A stretch of DNA of 64,000 nt from the human T2T-CHM13v2.0 reference genome, Homo sapiens (GCF_009914755.1 NC_060927.1), one strand, 5' to 3'. Positions 14,880 to 28,399 are shown, counted from the stretch's first letter. The notes: a model not told the origin generated them from the sequence alone. Translations and numbers: made by a program.

Positions 14880-15640
14880 CTTTTATTTTTATTGACAATT
14901 AGTCATTGCATATACAGTCAGCCCTCCATATCTGTGAGTTCTGAATTCATGGATTCAACCAACCAGGGATGGAAACTATTTAAGGGGAAAGAAAAGAATG
15001 GTGCATCTATACTGAACATATACAGACTTATTTTTCTTGTCATTCTTCACTAAACAATATAGTATAAAAACTCTTTACATATAATTTACATTGTATTCAT
15101 TATTATAAGTAATCTAGAAATGATTTAAGTATACAAGAAGATGTGCATAGTTTATATGCAAATATTATACAATTTTATATAAGGAACTTGAGCATCCATG
15201 GATTTTGGTATACTCAGTGGGGGAGTGGGGATTATCCTGAAAGCAGTCTCCCATGGATACTGAGGGAGGTCTGTATTAATGGGATACAATATGATGTTTT
15301 GATGTACATTATTTGATGATAAAACTAATTAACATATCCACCACACCACATACTTTTTACCGCACATTTAGAATTTATAGTAGTCTCTTAGTACTTTTGC
15401 AATATATATTAAATTATTATTTTATTATTAACTATAGTCATCATGTTGATTGGTCTCAAAAACATGTTGTTTCTGTCTAATCCTTTGACCAACATCTCCC
15501 CCATTCTCCTCCACTCCCAGCCTCTGGAAACCATAATCCTACTTTCTGCTTCTATGAACTCAACATGTTTTAGATTCAACATATAAGGGAGATCATACAG
15601 TATTTGCCTTTTTGTGCCTGGCTTATTTCACATGGCATTT
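14880..15640 (-). mobile_element. L1MA-type 3' end, split by a MER2 insertion
   Basis: CCCAGCCTCTGGAAACCATAATCCTACTTTCTGCTTCTATGA...GAGATCATACAGTATTTG typical of antisense L1M 3'UTR. Confidence 0.7.
14915..15273. mobile_element. MER2 (Tigger-family non-autonomous DNA transposon)
   Basis: TA|CAGTCAGCCCTCCATATC ... GATACTGAGGGAGGTCTG|TA terminal inverted repeats with TA TSD. Confidence 0.88.
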
Positions 15641-16261
15641 AATATTTTTATGATTTAACACAAAGTCATAAACAAAAGTACTAAGATACATTTAATAAGA
15701 GTAATTGCTGAGATTTAATCTTGACAATTGCTTTATTAACAATTCTTAGGGATACAAGAGCATTTATCTTGAAACCATTCCTAGGAAATTACCAAATCTC
15801 TTGCACCTACACCCCTCATACAATCATAATGAAGGTGTTCATTCTATATTGGATTCTACATATATATAAATTATTTTAATATTAATATGGGAAATAACTC
15901 CTCTTTGGTCTTTGAATAGTAACTGTCTGATTCTACAAATTGGCAACAAAATACGATAAATATAAGGGGGAAAGACACAAGAGCTATTCTAGGTATGTAC
16001 AAATATATGCAAGGCTAGGGTTGCATTAGTGAAGCTCTCCACCTTCATCTTTGTTCAACCTTTATTTGTAGATTCTAATTTATGTTCCAGTATCTTTCAT
16101 CCACAAGAAACCAAACTCCTTTATCACCGTAATTTTTATAAACCTATCCACCTACCCTCTTTTGGGAGGAAATTTATTTCTACTGAAAATGTCTTGAAAT
16201 TAAGACTTTCCAATTCTATAATAATAGAATAAACTTATATAATTGTAAAATAATACACTTA

Positions 16262-16480
<219 letters not shown>

Positions 16481-17367
16481 TTATTAAATGCAAGTTCCAA
16501 ATAAAAAATAACGTGGTGATTAGTTTCATAGAAGAGTATTAATTCAGAACCTTAATTTTAATATTTTTGAATGGCTATGCACAGAAAAAGTGTATAAATT
16601 TTAAAGAAATACATAGAATTAGTTGGTTATGAAGTATTATGTATAAAATTAAGTACAGATTTTTATTGACTGATATAAAAATGACAGTATTACCAAATAT
16701 TGATTACAGAATATTAGACCTTTGTGAATTTAATCAATCTCAATGCTTTTCAGTGTTTGGGTCCTTATATAACTATATAAAGATAAGAATCTTACCCATA
16801 AAGATAAGAAATTTTGTTTAAAAAAATTATAGAAACTAAAAAGAAGCACTGAAATAAAGCAGAATCACTGAGAAAAAGAAAAATTTAGTTCCAGTGAAAT
16901 TATTGCTAAAAAGGTGATATACAAAGAATTTGGTGCTGTTTTTACTTCCAAATCCAAAATATTTATACTAGTAAACTACGTGCTAAAAAAAAGAATCATA
17001 GTTTTTAAAATCATGAATAAAATTTATAATCAGTGAAAGTATTATGTTGCATGTATACGACACTAACACTTTTCTGAAATTAAATTTTAGATTAATCTTC
17101 TGCATAGCCTGTAGTTTAAATAATAAAAATTTTCAAATGTTTCTTGAGAATGTTTATTTTCTTCAAGGCATTAAGCTAAATATTTTACATGAACGATATT
17201 ATTTAAAGCCTCCAAAAATAAGTGCAGAGCACACTATTATTATTCGTATGTTATATTTGCATAAACAATTTGAGAGAAGTGCAGTTTAATTAATTCTTTG
17301 CCTTGGAATAAATATTTCTCAAGAGAGAAAATGTATTTGTAGGATGAAAGGTGTGTTCATCAAATGT

Positions 17368-17595
17368 CTCACTGAAAGCCCCAACTCCCGGGTTCTCGCC
17401 ATTCTCCTGCCTCAGCCTCCCGAGTAGCTGGGATTACAGGCGCCCGCCACCACGCCTGGCTAATTTTTCGTATTTTTAATAGAGACGGGGTTTCACCCTG
17501 TTAGCCAGGATGGTCTCCATCTCCTGACCTTGTGATCCGCCCACGTCAGCTTCCCAAAGTGCTGGTATTACAGGCGTGAGCCACCGCGCCCAGCC
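17368..17595 (-). mobile_element. AluY-like element lacking its 3' end and poly-A tail (intron 5)
   Basis: CpG-rich Alu (GTTAGCCAGGATGGTCTC), intact 5' end, flanked by CATCAAATGTCT direct repeats. Confidence 0.93.
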
Positions 17596-17617
17596 CATCA
17601 AATGTCTTTTAGTATTA

Positions 17618-17755
<138 letters not shown>

Positions 17756-18000
17756 TTAAAGAATAAAAAAAAGCTGCCATGAGTGACTTGATTTATAATG
17801 TTAACAATTATTAAATATATTTATGTTATTGTATTTACCACAAATGAGTACTTTTTAAATTTGTTACAATCATGCAAAAATAAGGAATTTGAACATTCTC
17901 AGGAACATATTTCTTATTTGATTCTATTTAAGGTATTTTCCACATTTTCGCTCCAGTTAGAATATATCATATTGAATCATTATAACAGAGGACTTCTTAC

Positions 18001-18118
18001 CAATACTTGTTGTTGTCATGTCTTGAACGTTATAACCATGATTATCAACGAAGAAGCACCAAGGAATAAGAGAGTCATTCCACGGCCTCCAGCAGCAGCC
18101 TCTCTGTGCACAAATTCC
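18001..18118 (-). CDS. SI: SI exon 4 ([13 protein letters not shown]...MTTTSI; trefoil/P-type domain C-half)
   Basis: CAG acceptor, GTAAGA donor, 118 nt; C-x3-GCCW...PWCF trefoil signature. Confidence 0.98.
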
Positions 18119-18969
18119 CTGATAAAATATTTTTAAAGGAATTATATAATTACTACTATTATCAGATGTCCCAGTCTCTGTTTTTCCAAGGAATGAATAT
18201 TTTAAAATAATCTAACTTTTTCAAATGTATAATATGCCAAAATAGCATTTGCTCTTTTGTTTCTTCTACCTGGAAGAAATACAAGTATTTAATAAATTGA
18301 ATTAATTACACCCTGTCAGAAATTTATAACCTGAGATGTGATTATTAAAATCACGTATCTATACAAATTTTTGTAAGCTTATGTATTTTAAAGGAACCTG
18401 ATCTCTAAGTAATTATAATTTATTCTGTTGCCATGGTATTGACATGGAAGAACTGAAATATTTATTTTGTACTAATTATGTATCAAGCTGAAATTTAAAC
18501 TAGGAGGATGAAAATATGGCCTTGAATTTAAACCCACTTAAAATGTGTAAGGGATTTAATTCTACCTACTTACTAGTTCATATTTAATTATTTAAACTAT
18601 CTTAACTAGTTTATGTGCCAGGTATCACAAGTAGTTGCTGCAATAGCATTCAATTAATAAAGCAAAATACTGAATTCTCAGTAATTTTATTAACCATATG
18701 GAAATACTATCTGAAGTGAAAGAAAAATTATAAATGTTTATTTATAAATAGTTTAGCAAAATAGTGATGCTATGCATGAATAGCAGTATAATTATAAATC
18801 TATGTAAATTTAATAGTGTGACACACTTTCATAATTTGAAAAATTGTAGGATTTTCCCCTTTGCTTACTTTCCATGAAAATAAGTTTTTAAAAGCCTCCA
18901 TTTTAATCAGCTGAAAGTGTGCACTAACCTTTCTCCTATTTTATCCTCAAATTAAAATGGTATCAGATA

Positions 18970-19268
18970 CAGACACACACACACACGTATATAATATATA
19001 TAGTATATGTACTATATATTTATATATTTTATATAATATTTAAATAGATAAGTATATGGGATATATGTATATTTATTATATATAAAATATATTTTGATAT
19101 ATTTATTTATATATAAAGTATATATTATATATAAAATATGTTTATATAGAATAAAAATACACATAGTTTTATTTTTATGTATAATAAATATACATATATG
19201 ATTATATACATATATAATTATATATGTATATATACATATATTATATATATAAAATCTCTCTAAACACC

Positions 19269-19302
<34 letters not shown>

Positions 19303-19355
19303 TTGAGTATGTATTTATATATTTATACCCAAACACACATATACACATATACATT
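18970..19355. repeat. Compound (CA)n / TA-rich / (TG)n low-complexity tract
   Basis: Direct reading of the sequence. Confidence 0.92.
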
Positions 19356-19683
19356 GCAAACTGGGGTACAATTGGATCTAATAACTTATTAGAGTCTAAA
19401 GTGTGTGCAACTTTTGATCAGGCAATTTTATCTCCAGTTATCTAACCTGTAGAAATACCTAGCAATACAAAGAGACAATTCTACAAAAAAAATTACTTAC
19501 AGCAGTCTCTATGAAAGATTTGTATATAAAACTCTAAATACATTTATATAAATACATCTATAAACACACAAAGGTGCTAAGTTTAAAAAATAAGAGGAAA
19601 GAAATAAGCACACTATAATCACAATTTACATAATTAAAAATATATAGTAAAATAGGCTTACGTTAATTTCCTGAAAATATGCC

Positions 19684-20126
19684 ATATTAGTTTCCTATGT
19701 CTTTCATAACAACCATGGAAAAGGTGACTTAAAGCAACAGAAATTTACTCTCTCACCGTACTGGAGGTTGTAAGTCCTAACTCAAGGTGTCAGCAGAGCC
19801 ATGCTGCCTCCAAAGGCTTCACAAAATAATTCTCCCTTGTCTCTCTCTAGCTTCTAGTGGCTCCTGGCAATCCTTGGCATTCCTTGGCTTATAGGCGCCT
19901 TTTTCCAATTTTTGCTTCCATTTCACAGGGCTTTCTTCCCTGTCTGTCTCTGTGTGTGGTTCCTTCCTCTTATAAGGACATTAGTCATTCGACGCAAGGC
20001 CCAAATTAATTTACTACGACTACATCTTAACTAATTGCTTCTGGAAAACTATATTCCCAGATAAGCTCATATTCTGCGATTCCAAGTAGACACGAATTTT
20101 TGGAAAACATTATTTAACCTACTACA
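19684..20126 (-). mobile_element. MaLR LTR (MLT1B/C-like)
   Basis: TATTAGTTTCCTATG...AAAGCAACAGAAATTTACTCTCTCAC...CAAGGTGTCAGCAGAGCCATGC...CCTACTACA. Confidence 0.8.
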
Positions 20127-20485
20127 TATACACTCCAACATATTAATTAAAAATGTATCTCCCTGTTGTTGCTTTCAAAATATTAGTAATTTTAATTTAT
20201 CTTGCGAAGATTTTGATACTTGTTATTTATGTTTAGTTGGTCTTCCTATTTTTCAGGGTTTTAGGCATTTTCCTCATTATTTTTAATTTATCATCTAATT
20301 ATTTTCCTTTTGCCTTCATCTGACACAGTTAAACTCTAGCAAATAAAGGTATAATAAATTTATCATATTTTAACATATTTTATCATATATATGTATATAC
20401 ATTATAAGTGATTATATATTAAATGTAATAATTTCATATGTAATAATATATAATGTGTATTCAATATGTAGATATGTATATTCAC

Positions 20486-20863
20486 TGTATTATGCCCCCG
20501 AAATTCATATGTTGAAGCTCTAACCCCCAATGTGAAGGTATTTGGAGATAGGTCCTTTAAGGGGTTAATTAAGTTTAAATAAGGATATAAGGGTGGGGCC
20601 CTAATTCATTAGGACTGGTGTCCTTATAAGAAGAGGAAAAGACAGCGAAGATCTCTTTCTCTCTGTGCACGAAGAGGAAATACTATGTGAGGACAAAATG
20701 AGAAGGAAGCTGTCTACAAGCGAGAAAGAGAGGCCTCACTAGAAACCAACCTTGATGACACCTTGATCTTGGACATCTAGCTTCCAAGACTGTGAGAAAA
20801 TAATTGATATTGTTTAAGCTGCCCATTCTGCGGAATTTTGTTATGGCAGCCCGAGCTAATGCA
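20486..20863 (+). mobile_element. MaLR LTR (MLT1A0-like)
   Basis: AAATTCATATGTTGAAGCTCTAACCCCCAATGTG...CCTTGATCTTGGACATCTAGCTTCCAAGACTGTGAGA...TTTGTTATGGCAGCCCGAGC. Confidence 0.85.
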
Positions 20864-22088
20864 CTTTGCATGGAATTATGCCTGTTACCTAGGTAACCAT
20901 TTGATTATTCTATATTTTGTCATCATTGTGCAATAAGCAAACATGTCCTTTCTAATATACAATAAACATGCCATTTCTAGTATACAATAATTTATACAGT
21001 AAGTTTAATATAACCAATTTTCCAATTTTAACAATCATGATCTATCCTCATGTATATGAAAACCTAAGATAAATCTTTTTTTTTAAATTAAGGAAATTTT
21101 TAGAAAATCATTACTTTAACCAACTTCAATCTCTACCACTGCATTTGGAACAAATAATATTTAGTCAGATGGAATGCCTCTCAAATATTTAAAAGAGTAA
21201 GTGTATATATTTAAGATGATAAATAATTGCTTTAGTTGATCCGTTAAGATGGTGGAAAATTAACATTTGAAGTATTTTAAAGAATCTTTAGGGTATTTAA
21301 TGAAAAGTATTATTAAAGATACATAGCTATAAATAACAACAACAACAACAAAAAACCCTGAGTGACAAAGTTTGAATAAAAATCATATTTGAAAATTGCA
21401 ACATCTCCTAAAGCAAAAAAAGGCAAATATTTAGGCCCGTTTTCTAATTTCAGGTAGATTTCATTTTTCATTCCTTTATGATTTATTTTTTAAATCCATT
21501 TCCTATAATAGAAAAATGCTACCTTGAAAATTCATCTACTTAGAAAATTATGACATGCTAGTTAAAGAACAGTGACTACTGAGTTCGTGAAACATGAGCT
21601 CACATTGAAATTTGCATACCACTGTTCTAATTCCAGTTTTGCCTGTAAACTAGCAAAGTGACACTGGAATATTAATTTAGCCTTGAAAAACAGTCTAAGC
21701 TTCCATATAAATCCAAAACTTTGTGAATAAGATACCATTTAAATGATAATCTCTTTAAAATCATTTTAAGTTGCACTTTTCCTAGTTAAAAATGTCAAGA
21801 AAACACTCAAATTCTTTTGAGATATACTAAGTTAAACTTTTAAAACTGTAAGTTGTATTTTTATAAATAACAAGCATAAATATATTGGCTGAAGTTTAAC
21901 TTGCTTACTTCACAAATATAGTTTATTTCACACTGAAAACATTCTTCAGCAATCTAACAGTTTAGGTTGACACTAAAGACTAATATTAGGCAAGAAAAAT
22001 GTAAACCACTGACTTTCAAATATTGTTTCCCTATAAGACCTTCAAAACCCATATTGTTCCTAATAGAATTCTATGTTTAGCTTCAATC

Positions 22089-22091
<3 letters not shown>

Positions 22092-22136
<45 letters not shown>

Positions 22137-22229
22137 TTCCCTCTCTCTCTCTCTTTCGAGACGGAGTCTCGCTCTGTCACCCAGGCTGGAATACAGTGAC
22201 GCGATCTCTGCCCACTGCAAGCTCTGCCT
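22092..22229 (-). mobile_element. Short 3' Alu fragment whose tail is a (GA)n microsatellite
   Basis: (CT)n at 22092-22156 runs straight into GAGACGGAGTCTCGCTCTGTCACCCAGGCTGGA...GCAAGCTCTGCCT. Confidence 0.88.
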
Positions 22230-22557
22230 AAGAAGGTTAAGTAAAGAGAATATCTGGCCACTTTCCTCAGTGTATCTCAGTAAATACTATGTTATTTAGC
22301 TCTTCTATCAGCAGGTAAGCTATAGGACCTATTACTTGTAATGTTACTCAAAGGAAAATCTCATCTCTTTCAATTTTTTTTCAAATTAATTAGAAAATTG
22401 CATGCTTACTATGATGTAGGGAAGACAGAATAGGGACAAAATAAATTTTATAGTTTATTCAGTTAATTTGTGTGTGGTAAGGTGGAGTGGAGAAGGTGAC
22501 ATTTGTAATTGCATATCATATTTGCAAATGCAAATATTTGCAAAATGTCAATATATA

Positions 22558-22862
22558 GAGTCAGCCCTCTGCATCTGTGGATACAACAAACTGTGGATCA
22601 AAAATATTTCAAGGAACAAAAAATATCAACATGGTAATAAAAATAATGTAAATAAAAAACAATACATTATAACAATTATTTGTATAGCATTTACATGGTA
22701 TTAGAGTTATAAATACTCTACAGATGATTTAAAGTATACAGGAGAATGTGCATAGGTTATATGCAAATACTGCCATTTTATTTGAGAGATTTGAACATCT
22801 GCAGATTTTGGTATCCTCAGAAGTCCTGAAACCAATTCCCCGAGGATACCCATGAAGGACTG
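22558..22862. mobile_element. MER2 DNA transposon (second copy, intron 3)
   Basis: AGTCAGCCCTCTGCATCTGTGG ... GGATACCCATGAAGGACTG|TA; interior similar to the 14915 copy. Confidence 0.82.
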
Positions 22863-23415
22863 TACATATACACCCACACACAATGACTTTTATTCCCACA
22901 CAGGTTTGTGGGGAAAAAAAGGAAGAGTGAACTTGGGTTACATGAATCCAATTGGTTACACCTAATTTTCTCCATTTTCTCTTCTTCACTTCTAATTGCT
23001 AAATTAAAAACAATTAATAATTTTCATAAAATGAGTATTTTGTTTTCCACAGATACTTCTTAATGCTATCATTACAAATACTCTACTGGAACATATATAC
23101 TCCCTCCTAAATGTTCTATATTATCAAAGGTATACTTTCTTAAAGAAGTAGATTTGAGATGACAGAATTTCATGAAGATTTGTAAAATTAACTATAACTT
23201 GTTAAATATGGATGAATATTAACTTGTTAATTTAAATTGAGCAGAGATAAAGGAAAGCAAGGTCAGTAACTTCTATTATCTATCATTTTTAATAGGAAGC
23301 TATAATAAAATGATAAATTCAGCCTAATTTATGTCTAGATCTTTATTAAATAAGATCGATCCAATATTCAGCAATTATCTTAATATAATAATGTATATAT
23401 TCATTAAAAATATTA

Positions 23416-23613
<198 letters not shown>

Positions 23614-24792
23614 TTAATTTTCTCAGAATTATCAAGTAATAAGTACTTTTTGAAAGAATACATGAATTCATATAAAATGAAAATTTTAAAATAAATTTTG
23701 CATTTAAAAAGACCCACAATTTCAAGCACTAGTCATCAAAAGGAAAAGATCCAATCATACTTTTAAAATTGACAGTGTAGAATCCTATTGACTGTTTCTG
23801 AAGAAATACAAAATATATTTACAAAAGGACTTGGTGTAGATTCAGAAGGTAACAAAATATACATTCATACTGTATTTACAACTTGTATTTTATAGCTGAA
23901 GAAAAGATGGAGCAATATGAGTTATGAAAAACATATAGAGAAGGTGAGAAGAAATTAGAGAAGAGGAAAGTAGGTGAAAGTTATTCAAATTATCCCTTGC
24001 AAGGGAATAATTTGATAGGTAAAGTAGAGAAAGCTGGAATAGCGAAGAATGGTAGATACCAACGCCATATAAATAACATTCCAGCAATGAGATATCATTA
24101 AAATATATTGCTTCATAATACAGTAAGCTCTCAGTTTCTGGAAGTAGGTAAAACAAAAGATTAACAGGAATAGGAAATGCTAACTGTAGTCTAGAAGATA
24201 ATGTGTAACATCCTTTACAATACTGATTTGCTCAAGAGAGAATAATGAAGAAAGAGATTCAGCATTCCGTATGTACCAACTCTAAATTAGAATTAAAATA
24301 TTCAGAAAAAGATAATTAAACTATCCAAGTCTTTTTTCAACTTTCCTCTACCTGCCTTTCTCATACAACCTCTCTCTCTCCTTAAAATAAAATCTAACCA
24401 GAACAAAGAATATTTGCTAAAATCCTTATTTCCTTTGCAAGTGTGTGAAGGCTGGAGCAAAAACCCAGGTTTTCCCACTAATGAGATGATGCTCACACCA
24501 GTAGGCGATTATTCCACCTTACATTAACGATTTGATCCCTTTGCCTCTTTGCTCTTTGTCAAGTAGCTAGGGAAGGCAATTCATGTCAAAGCACATGGAT
24601 TCCTTAATTACAATAGCTCATCATTGAAATATGGAATATAATGAATAGAAAAAGTGGAAGTAATTGTGTAACTTACCCTGGATTTTTCTATAAGTGTTTC
24701 ATCTTACACAGATTATTTTTTAAAACCTATAACTATTGTGGAGTAACTTCCTCCTAACTTCACGATAATGTAGCCATGCTTTTAATGTACTA

Positions 24793-24915
<123 letters not shown>

Positions 24916-27335
24916 CTAAAAACAGAAAAGAATATATATTTAAAATGTAAAATATATAACTATAATAAACCACCAACAATTCTCATGAAATTACATATTC
25001 TTTTTTTTACTATGTATAATGCAGAGTTGAAGACAGCACTTACATAATATCCTAAATTAAGCACTTACTTAATAATATATTAAGCATGTACTTAATAACC
25101 TGAAACTTATACTGATATAAAATGTAAGCAACACATGCAATTTAAAGTAAAAGGAATGAATTACTGATGCACATTACAGTAGTAGTAGTACACTAAGATG
25201 AAAATACAGATGGAAAAAAAGATCTTCAAGTAGGTGTGTCTTGCCTTCTCATTTAGAGCATTTTGCAAGGCAAAGGCTTCCACTTGCACTGTTTCTCAAT
25301 TCTCACAACAATTCTATGAAGGAAATAGTTATTCACATTTTACTGATCAGGAACTTTAAGCTTAACAAAGAATAAGTTATAGTTCAAAGTTAAAAACTTC
25401 AGTTTTTTTCTTGAACTCTCCTCTCTCTAATTCCAACACTACTTTCCACAATATTGTCGAAAAGAACATAAATACATATATTTGATAGAATAGTATATAT
25501 TTGGGAGTTGCTACTCTGTTTAAAAATCTTTTGAATTTTCACCAAGTTCCTTCATCAAACAGCAGCAAATGAGATATACAAAACTCTTATATCAAAAATA
25601 CATATTTATTATTAAAAGACATTATACTTTTGAGGTAGCATATGGAAGATACCCAAATGTAGACAGGAAAGAACACATCTCCAATAATTATCTGAAAGCA
25701 TATTTGTTTAATTTAATTTTGACCACATATATCTTATTTTTCTTAGTTCTCAAGTTTCCATGGATTATCTGTATTCTATGATTTTAGTATAAATCTTAAT
25801 TCAAAGACATATACCAAAGTAGAACTTAGAATTACTACAGTAAGTGCTTTAATAAATTATTGGGTTTAAAATCACGGTTTGTTTTTTTTTTTTTTTTTGG
25901 TCTCACAATGGTCCCTGTTCTGTAACTATGTCAACTCATGTACCCAGTTGTCCCAACCTAAACACCTTTTTTTCCTTCTTCCATATGTTTTACAACATTC
26001 AATCATTCAATAAGTCCATCTGACTTTATCTTCAAAGTATTTTTAGAATTATGCCTTCATTTTATCCCCAGCACCACAGCATAATTTTTAGATAACATAT
26101 TGCCTTCATACCTGCTGTTCAATTTCAATCCCTCCCCATCCACTCTTCTAGGTGAATTCTAAATTTTGCTGAATTCAAATGCCATGGTGAGTTCCTTACC
26201 ACTCTGAGGCACAGTTAATCTAGCCTTTCTTCATTTACCATAGCATATTAAATGTCCATTGCAATTATTTATGTATATGTTAATTTCCTCAATTAGATCG
26301 TTACATTCTTGTTAGCAAAAATTATAAAAGTAGTCAGAGAATAATATTAAGTAAGCAAAAACTTAATTTTTTAGTATAGCTTATAAATGAATATCTGCAG
26401 ATTAGCATTTATTCTTAGTATACAATTTTCTGTTCCAGATATGTAAGCTGTTTATTGCATCAGTAATTTTCAAAGAAAATGAATGTAAAGTAAACAGAGC
26501 AACAGGTAACATACAAAGCTGTTCGAAAAATGAAGCCCAGTTGCGTGATGTTATGTTGAGAAATGACAAAGTTACATTTAGTGTACAACTTTAAATAAGT
26601 GTAAATCTCATTTGAAGTGATAACCTACTTTGCTACCAAGAAGTCAATAATGAGAATTGTGCTTTCCTTTTTGATAAGGGAAGTCTTAAAAAATGCATTT
26701 TTGTCATGAAACAAACTCTCCTTTGTCTAGAAAAATCAAAACAAAATTTAAAACAATTGCTTAAAATTACTGTGATAAAAAAATATGATCCCTGTAATTT
26801 TGGATTACAGTAATTTTAAGCAACTCTTCTTGGAAAATATATATTGATACCCTTTCTCTGCATATTTATTATGAAGATGAATAATACTTTATTGTATAAC
26901 AACTTGATGAATGATCTTTAAAAGGTCAGCTAGAAAACAGTAATGTTTTATAAATGTAGCATTCTATTTTATATAGATTTTCTTAAAATATATTTAAGCA
27001 TACTTTATTATTCATCTATTTTTCAAAATCTTAATCAGTACTCATTTTCTTTCATATAGAGTCATTAAACAAAACTTGCTATGATTCCACCTAAGTCTTA
27101 CAAAAGTTATAATGAAGAGTTGGGCCAAAAAAAATCCTGTATTTAAAAAAAAATTAGAAATATTTTTTCCTGTTTAATACAAGGTACTACATATTTCAAA
27201 TGGCAACTTAAAATATATGATATTGCTATTTTAGCCTAGTGCAGATAGATGGGAATACTGCTAACACAAATTAAGAAAAAATATAATTAGTTGAAAACAT
27301 AAAAATAACAAAAAACATATGAGCCATAGACTTAC

Positions 27336-27398
27336 CTTATTTCATAGCCTGTTCTCTTTGCTATGTTGTACCAGACTTGGATAAGGCTGCCAAAATAA
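27336..27398 (-). other. SI: SI exon 1 (5'UTR); TSS approximate
   Basis: Minus strand TTATTTTGGCAGCC...GGCTATGAAATAAG|GTAAGT perfect donor, beginning ~25 bp downstream of a TATA element; matches the recalled SI mRNA leader. Confidence 0.9.
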
Positions 27399-27420
27399 TG
27401 ATCAAGGAAAGCTGCTTAGG

Positions 27421-27426
27421 TATATA
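27421..27426 (-). promoter_or_regulatory. SI TATA box
   Basis: TATATA about 23-28 bp upstream of the inferred TSS. Confidence 0.8.
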
Positions 27427-27432
27427 TTGACC

Positions 27433-27456
27433 TACTCATAAAGTTTTATTGCACCC
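27433..27456 (-). promoter_or_regulatory. SIF1 element: two inverted CDX2 sites
   Basis: GGGTGCAATAAAACTTTATGAGTA on minus strand, the classic SI footprint 1. Confidence 0.92.
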
Positions 27457-27464
27457 TTACCAGC

Positions 27465-27488
27465 CTATCAGTGTTTAATAATCTTCTG
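27465..27488 (-). promoter_or_regulatory. GATA site plus HNF1-like SIF2 element
   Basis: TGATAG at 27470-27465 next to AGATTATTAAACA (degenerate HNF1 palindrome). Confidence 0.7.
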
Positions 27489-27555
27489 CTCAACATACAA
27501 TTGTTAAAAGCCTTAACCCTGAAAGTAGTTTACATAAATGTTTCTCTCTGGGAAT

Positions 27556-27581
27556 CTAAGTTAATTAGTAATTGTACTGTC
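27556..27581 (-). promoter_or_regulatory. SIF3 element (HNF1 site)
   Basis: GTTAATTAGTAAT at 27560-27572 fits GTTAATNATTAAC, about -160 to -175 from the TSS. Confidence 0.85.
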
Positions 27582-28399
27582 AGATACTCTTTGATTTCTC
27601 AAAGCTGTGAACTATTAATATCTTAAGAACATAAAAGTAGTTCTTTCTATTTTTTCTCTTTTCAAAATTATATTTATTTTATATTTGGATTTTGTTATAA
27701 TAACTATTTTGTCCATTGTGTGCAATTTAGATCCTCACTGGAGAGTAGAAACATATTTGAAAGACAGAATCTGTGAAAAATTTTCAGGATATAACAATTA
27801 GAAGATAATATTTTATAAAAAGTAATGATTAAATAAAAATTATTCCCTGTATCTTGTCTTTGATCTTAAGGTTGAAAAAGTGACCAAATCCTTAAGTATA
27901 AAACATAAAATAGAGGTGCCCAGATCAGTAATTTAGAGATAAAATCAACATTTTTATCTATTTATTTACCACAGATAGCACTCATTGAATTATAAAAAAT
28001 CATATTGTAAACCTTCTCATTTCATGTAGTAAAATGTATAAAATTAATTACACTACTGGTTTAAGCTAGCATAATGTTTAAAAGCAATGGATTTGATATA
28101 ATAAATTTGGATATAAATGCTGGCTGTACTATGCTTACCTGAGAAATTGTGGGCAAAATACTACCTATAAAATCACTAAAAGAATTATATGAGCTAATAT
28201 TGCTTAATTATTATTGACCCCAATTTGACTCTGAAATTGTCAGAGTCTAAGCCTTGCATACCATCTGGATACTATCTTTTCAACAAAATATATATTAAAA
28301 TAATGTGTTTGCATAAAGTAGAGCAATTAGTTTTTGAAGCAAACTAAATATGAGTCTAAAAAGAAAATTTAAAAAAAGTATGCATGGATTGTTGTAAGA

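Noticed and set aside
18095-18106. Possible loss-of-function allele at the CAGAGAGGC run (recalled c.273_274delAG site)
   Set aside because: The sequence is intact and exon 4 is 118 nt in frame; no frameshift or stop in exons 2-13.
17798-18136. 112-aa plus-strand ORF overlapping exon 4
   Set aside because: Antisense shadow of SI exon 4 plus AT-rich intron; no recognisable domain or expression signals.
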